From NCBI GenBank assembly GCA_965652295.1, contig CBFGTS010000007.1:161873-225872 (forward strand): a stretch of 64,000 bases of DNA. The letters are read 5' to 3'. A program made the translations under genes and the position numbers. Under the pieces are notes generated by a model, which saw only the letters and a list, made by a program, of their open reading frames with translations, did no database searches and was not told the origin of the DNA. Shown piece by piece: positions 63,936-64,000 of this stretch. The stretch comes from an uncultured Haloferula sp. GTDB taxonomy: Bacteria > Verrucomicrobiota > Verrucomicrobiia > Verrucomicrobiales > Akkermansiaceae. Positions within the stretch are counted from its first letter, which is position 1, and each line of letters opens with the position of its first letter.

Positions 63936-64000
63936 GCACCCGTAGCTCAATTGGATAGAGCATCTGACTACGGATCAGAAGGTTTGGGGTTCGAATCCCT
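63936..64000 (+). tRNA. tRNA-Arg(ACG), 3' end cut by window edge
   Basis: GCACCCG-TAGCTCAATTGGATAGAGC, anticodon arm TCTGA-CTACGGA-TCAGA, GGTTCGAATCC; TTGACA at about 63863. Confidence 0.95.

Noticed and set aside
63936..64000. tRNA-Arg as the attachment site of the 12-21 kb island
   Set aside because: More than 40 kb away, and no duplicated tRNA fragment was seen at the island borders

Overview
GC-rich bacterial chromosomal window, most likely Verrucomicrobiota (Luteolibacter/Haloferula-like). That placement is inferred from PEP-CTERM genes, a PVC-type CxxCH haem protein, sulfatase/ECF-sigma/FecR clusters and an RpiB-GlyA fusion. The backbone carries: a ccsA-like 3' end, an MFS transporter, a haem operon (ccsA-like, hemA, hemC, cobA-hemD), an M16 peptidase, glycosyltransferases, a sulfated-glycan cluster, a PL4 lyase, a GldA/F/G-like ABC operon, an MsbA-like exporter, a 1536-aa secreted repeat protein, recQ, a phosphatase plus rpiB-glyA fusion, rpsB-tsf, a GH25 gene and tRNA-Arg(ACG). 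The main accessory region is a ~8.9 kb island (about 12.3-21.2 kb) between two convergent genes and bounded by inverted ~115-bp REP-like repeats. It contains two PEP-CTERM genes, two 297-bp direct repeats enclosing integron-type cassettes with attC hairpins but no integrase, and a short prokaryotic Argonaute operon (DUF4365/DREN-APAZ nuclease plus catalytically inactive pAgo, SPARDA-type) with two small translationally coupled genes upstream. Also present are two MITEs with clear target-site duplications and a highly structured ~160-nt leader with alternative pairings upstream of the giant secreted protein. All product calls come from motif recognition by eye; no database searches were run.
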